From an uncultured Bacteroidales bacterium (GTDB lineage: Bacteria; Bacteroidota; Bacteroidia; Bacteroidales; Bacteroidaceae): 60,788 bases of DNA. Location: positions 1 to 60,788 of the forward strand of contig CACXEH010000036.1 of assembly GCA_902766625.1 (NCBI GenBank), written 5' to 3'. This document shows positions 58,776 to 60,788 of this stretch, piece after piece. The notes beneath the pieces were generated by a model. It was not told the origin of the DNA, ran no database searches, and saw nothing but the letters and a program-made list of their open reading frames with translations. Made by a program: the position numbers and the translations under genes. Each line of letters opens with the position of its first letter. Within the stretch, counting starts at the first letter, position 1.

Positions 58776-60476
58776 TTAGGATAATCCCACTATCTTGTTG
58801 TCCACAACGTCTATATGCAATGCCGCCGGTTCTTTGGGCAGACCGGGCATACGCATCATCTTGCCTGCAATGGCTACAATGAAGTGTGCGCCGCGATTGA
58901 TGACTATGTCGCTGATAGTGAAATTAAAGTCTTTTGGGCACCCGTAAAGTTTCGGGTCGTCGGAGAATGAATACTGCGTCTTGGCGATGCACACAGGGAA
59001 GTCCCAATAGAATTTGTCAGACTGTATCTTCTTGAGCATTTCAAGCGCATTGTCCGTATAGGTAATCGTGCCTGCATGATAAATCTTGGAAACGACAGCA
59101 TCAATACGCTCTTTGATGGTCTGTACCGGTTTTCCGTCTTTGATGGCAGTAGTATAAATGCCGTCCATACCGTCAGTACGAGAAGTTCTCTTCTCCAGCT
59201 CCTCGACAACGACGCGGGCTATCTCTTTTGCGCCCTCGCCACCTTTAAGGAAGCCGTTATTGATAACACAGCGTACACCCAGTTCTTTCTCGCAATGGTC
59301 TATCAGGCACTGTATTTCCTCATCGGTGTCGTTGGCATAACGATTGAACGCAACAATGATGTTTCTCTTCCATTGACGCAAGTTGTTGACATGCTGGTCA
59401 AGATTTTCAAAACCTTTCTTGAGACCTTCAATGTTTGGCTCTTTTATCTTGCTCTCCTCTACTCCGCCGTGCATCTTCAGACCGTTGCATGTCGCTACTA
59501 CTACCACCAGGTCGGGCAAGCGGTTGAGCTGACGGCACTTGATGTCCAGAAATTTCTCTGCGCCCAGGTCAGCACCGAATCCTGCCTCTGTGATAACATA
59601 GTCACTGACAGAAAGGCCTGTCTTGGTCGCCAGTATGGAGTTACATCCATGGGCGATATTGGCAAACGGTCCGCCATGGATGATGACAGGCGTATTTTCT
59701 GTCGTCTGCACGAGGTTAGGCTGCAGCGCATCCTTCAACAATGCTACGATGCTGCCCGTAACGCCCAACTCCTTGCACAAAAATTCCGAACCGTCTTCAC
59801 GGTAACCCAGCAAGATATTGTCGATACGGTTTCTGAGATCTTCCTCGCTTGTGGCAAGACAGAGTATCGCCATAATCTCCGAAGCCGGCGTGATATCAAA
59901 GCCTGAGGGCGCAGGGATGCCGTTGCCCGCTCCGCCGAGACCCGTCTCGATGACGCGCAAGTTACGGTCATTGACATCCATCACCCGGCGCCACAGGACA
60001 GTCTTCAAAGGTGCAATCTCTTTCCTGCGGTGGTAAAAATAATTATCCAGCATGGCTGATATCATATTGTTGGCAGAGGTGACAGCGTGGAAGTCACCCG
60101 TAAAGTGCAGATTAATTTTATCCATCGGGACAACCTGGGCATAGCCGCCGCCACACGCACCGCCTTTCATACCAAAACACGGCCCGAGGGAAGGTTCTCT
60201 CAGCACGGCAATGGCATTTTTGCCTATTTTGTTCAAACCGAGGGTCAGACCAATGCTTACAGTGGTTTTTCCGATACCTGCCTTTGTGGGGCTGATGGAA
60301 GTAACCAGGACAAGCCGGGATGACTTCATCTTTTCTTCATCAATATACTTCAAGGGAATCTTGGCAATGTAATGGCCGTAAGGCTCCAGGTCCTGACTCT
60401 TGATGTTGGCTTTAGCTGCGATAGTCTCTATGGGCTCTAAATGGCAGCTATTGGAAATCTCAATGTCTGTAAGCAT
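58776..60476 (-). CDS. fhs: Formate--tetrahydrofolate ligase
   Basis: 566 aa. Contains MLTDIEISNSCHLEPIETIA, the P-loop-like SPTKAGIGKTT, and ...GGPFANIAHGCNS... Confidence 0.95.
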   Translation of the reverse strand: MLTDIEISNSCHLEPIETIAAKANIKSQDLEPYGHYIAKIPLKYIDEEKMKSSRLVLVTSISPTKAGIGKTTVSIGLTLGLNKIGKNAIAVLREPSLGPCFGMKGGACGGGYAQVVPMDKINLHFTGDFHAVTSANNMISAMLDNYFYHRRKEIAPLKTVLWRRVMDVNDRNLRVIETGLGGAGNGIPAPSGFDITPASEIMAILCLATSEEDLRNRIDNILLGYREDGSEFLCKELGVTGSIVALLKDALQPNLVQTTENTPVIIHGGPFANIAHGCNSILATKTGLSVSDYVITEAGFGADLGAEKFLDIKCRQLNRLPDLVVVVATCNGLKMHGGVEESKIKEPNIEGLKKGFENLDQHVNNLRQWKRNIIVAFNRYANDTDEEIQCLIDHCEKELGVRCVINNGFLKGGEGAKEIARVVVEELEKRTSRTDGMDGIYTTAIKDGKPVQTIKERIDAVVSKIYHAGTITYTDNALEMLKKIQSDKFYWDFPVCIAKTQYSFSDDPKLYGCPKDFNFTISDIVINRGAHFIVAIAGKMMRMPGLPKEPAALHIDVVDNKIVGLS

Positions 60477-60520
60477 TTTCTGTGATTTTTTAATTATTGA
60501 TTATGTTTTCTTATTTATGA

Positions 60521-60528
60521 CAAATTTA
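60521..60528 (-). promoter_or_regulatory. Candidate -7 box (TAAATTTG) for fhs
   Basis: The reverse complement of caaattta matches TAnnTTTG. It lies about 45 nt upstream of the fhs ATG. Confidence 0.4.
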
Positions 60529-60635
60529 CATAAAAAGATACATACGCCGGTATCAATAACCAAGAAAAAAGTGTATCCGCCAAAAACATGACAGATACAC
60601 CCTTTACGTTATTCCGCAAATGTGCACAACAGGCT

Positions 60636-60788
60636 CTATTTCACCAGGATTTTCCGGCCGTCCCGAATATACATACGGCCCTTCTCAGGATGTCCGACAG
60701 GTCTGCCCTGGAGGTCATACCATCCCCCCTGGCGCTTGTGCTCCACCTTCACGTCGTGGATGCCTGCAGGCATCTGTTCCCTGATACC
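60636..60788 (-). CDS. C-terminal fragment of a secreted protein (begins outside the window) with a T9SS/Bacteroidales-style C-terminal tail
   Basis: Absent from the ORF track because it is under 60 aa. The minus-strand frame reads GIREQMPAGIHDVKVEHKRQGGWYDLQGRPVGHPEKGRMYIRDGRKILVK*, with the stop TAG at 60638-60636. The YDLQGR...G.YI..G.K pattern is common at the C-termini of Bacteroidales surface proteins. Confidence 0.45.
   Translation of the reverse strand, partial: GIREQMPAGIHDVKVEHKRQGGWYDLQGRPVGHPEKGRMYIRDGRKILVK

Noticed and set aside
57573-59906. Plus-strand ORFs of 277 aa and 276 aa lie antisense to mtlA and fhs.
   Set aside because: These are shadow ORFs within GC-richer genes. 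Their translated sequences are Arg/Gln/His-rich and motif-free.
1-60788. I looked for CRISPR arrays, IS elements or transposases, prophage genes, toxin-antitoxin pairs, and known defence systems such as restriction-modification, CBASS, retrons and DGRs.
   Set aside because: No repeat-spacer arrays, transposase, reverse transcriptase or nuclease/methylase signatures are visible in any of the listed ORFs. The only repeats are the 21-bp arrays and the ATCGCGAT boxes reported above.

Overview
This window looks like a chromosomal segment of a Bacteroidales genome, probably Prevotellaceae-like. Three things support that: the EF-Tu and ribosomal-protein sequences, TAnnTTTG -7 boxes in front of most operons, and T9SS components. 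I found no phage, transposon, CRISPR array or recognisable defence island.

**Layout**
- **1-12242 (minus):** about 12 kb of tightly packed genes on one strand. In transcription order they are DsbD, an M16 peptidase, GT2, an esterase, GT4, GT2, a GDPD phosphodiesterase, a small T9SS-CTD protein, a LamG-IPT-GDPD fusion and a WbqC fragment.
- **12580-21817:** a bcp-lipoprotein-beta-barrel operon, tRNA-Arg(CCT), GH43, YbjQ, a Tat-signal metallophosphoesterase, a glycoside-hydrolase-like protein and a third GDPD.
- **21916-26121:** a roughly 1400 aa fused BcrAD/BadFG-type activase.
- **26111-33524 (minus):** a leuS-yitT-GT-like-rdgB-porZ string.
- **33735-39121:** a discoidin-GH2, an AlaX-like editing protein and a Tat-signal GH-like protein.
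- **39233-53424:** the conserved block rpsU-xerC, tRNA-Tyr/Gly/Thr, tuf, tRNA-Trp, secE-nusG-rplKAJL-rpoBC.
- **53502-60476 (minus):** a GH30 gene, then fhs followed directly by a complete mannitol-family PTS (EIICBA, HPr, EI).

**Most notable observations**
- A dispersed family of 21-bp tandem mini-palindrome arrays (TGGAAC-N5-TTCCA-N5) at three intergenic loci.
- A complete PTS coupled to fhs in a Bacteroidales backbone, with no mtlD or mtlR nearby.
- Three ATCG(C/T)GAT palindromes spaced exactly 22 bp apart, upstream of the GH30 gene.
- A glycan-building cluster rich in GDPD genes and linked to T9SS.

I cannot show that any of these is a new system. They are candidates that need database and comparative checks.
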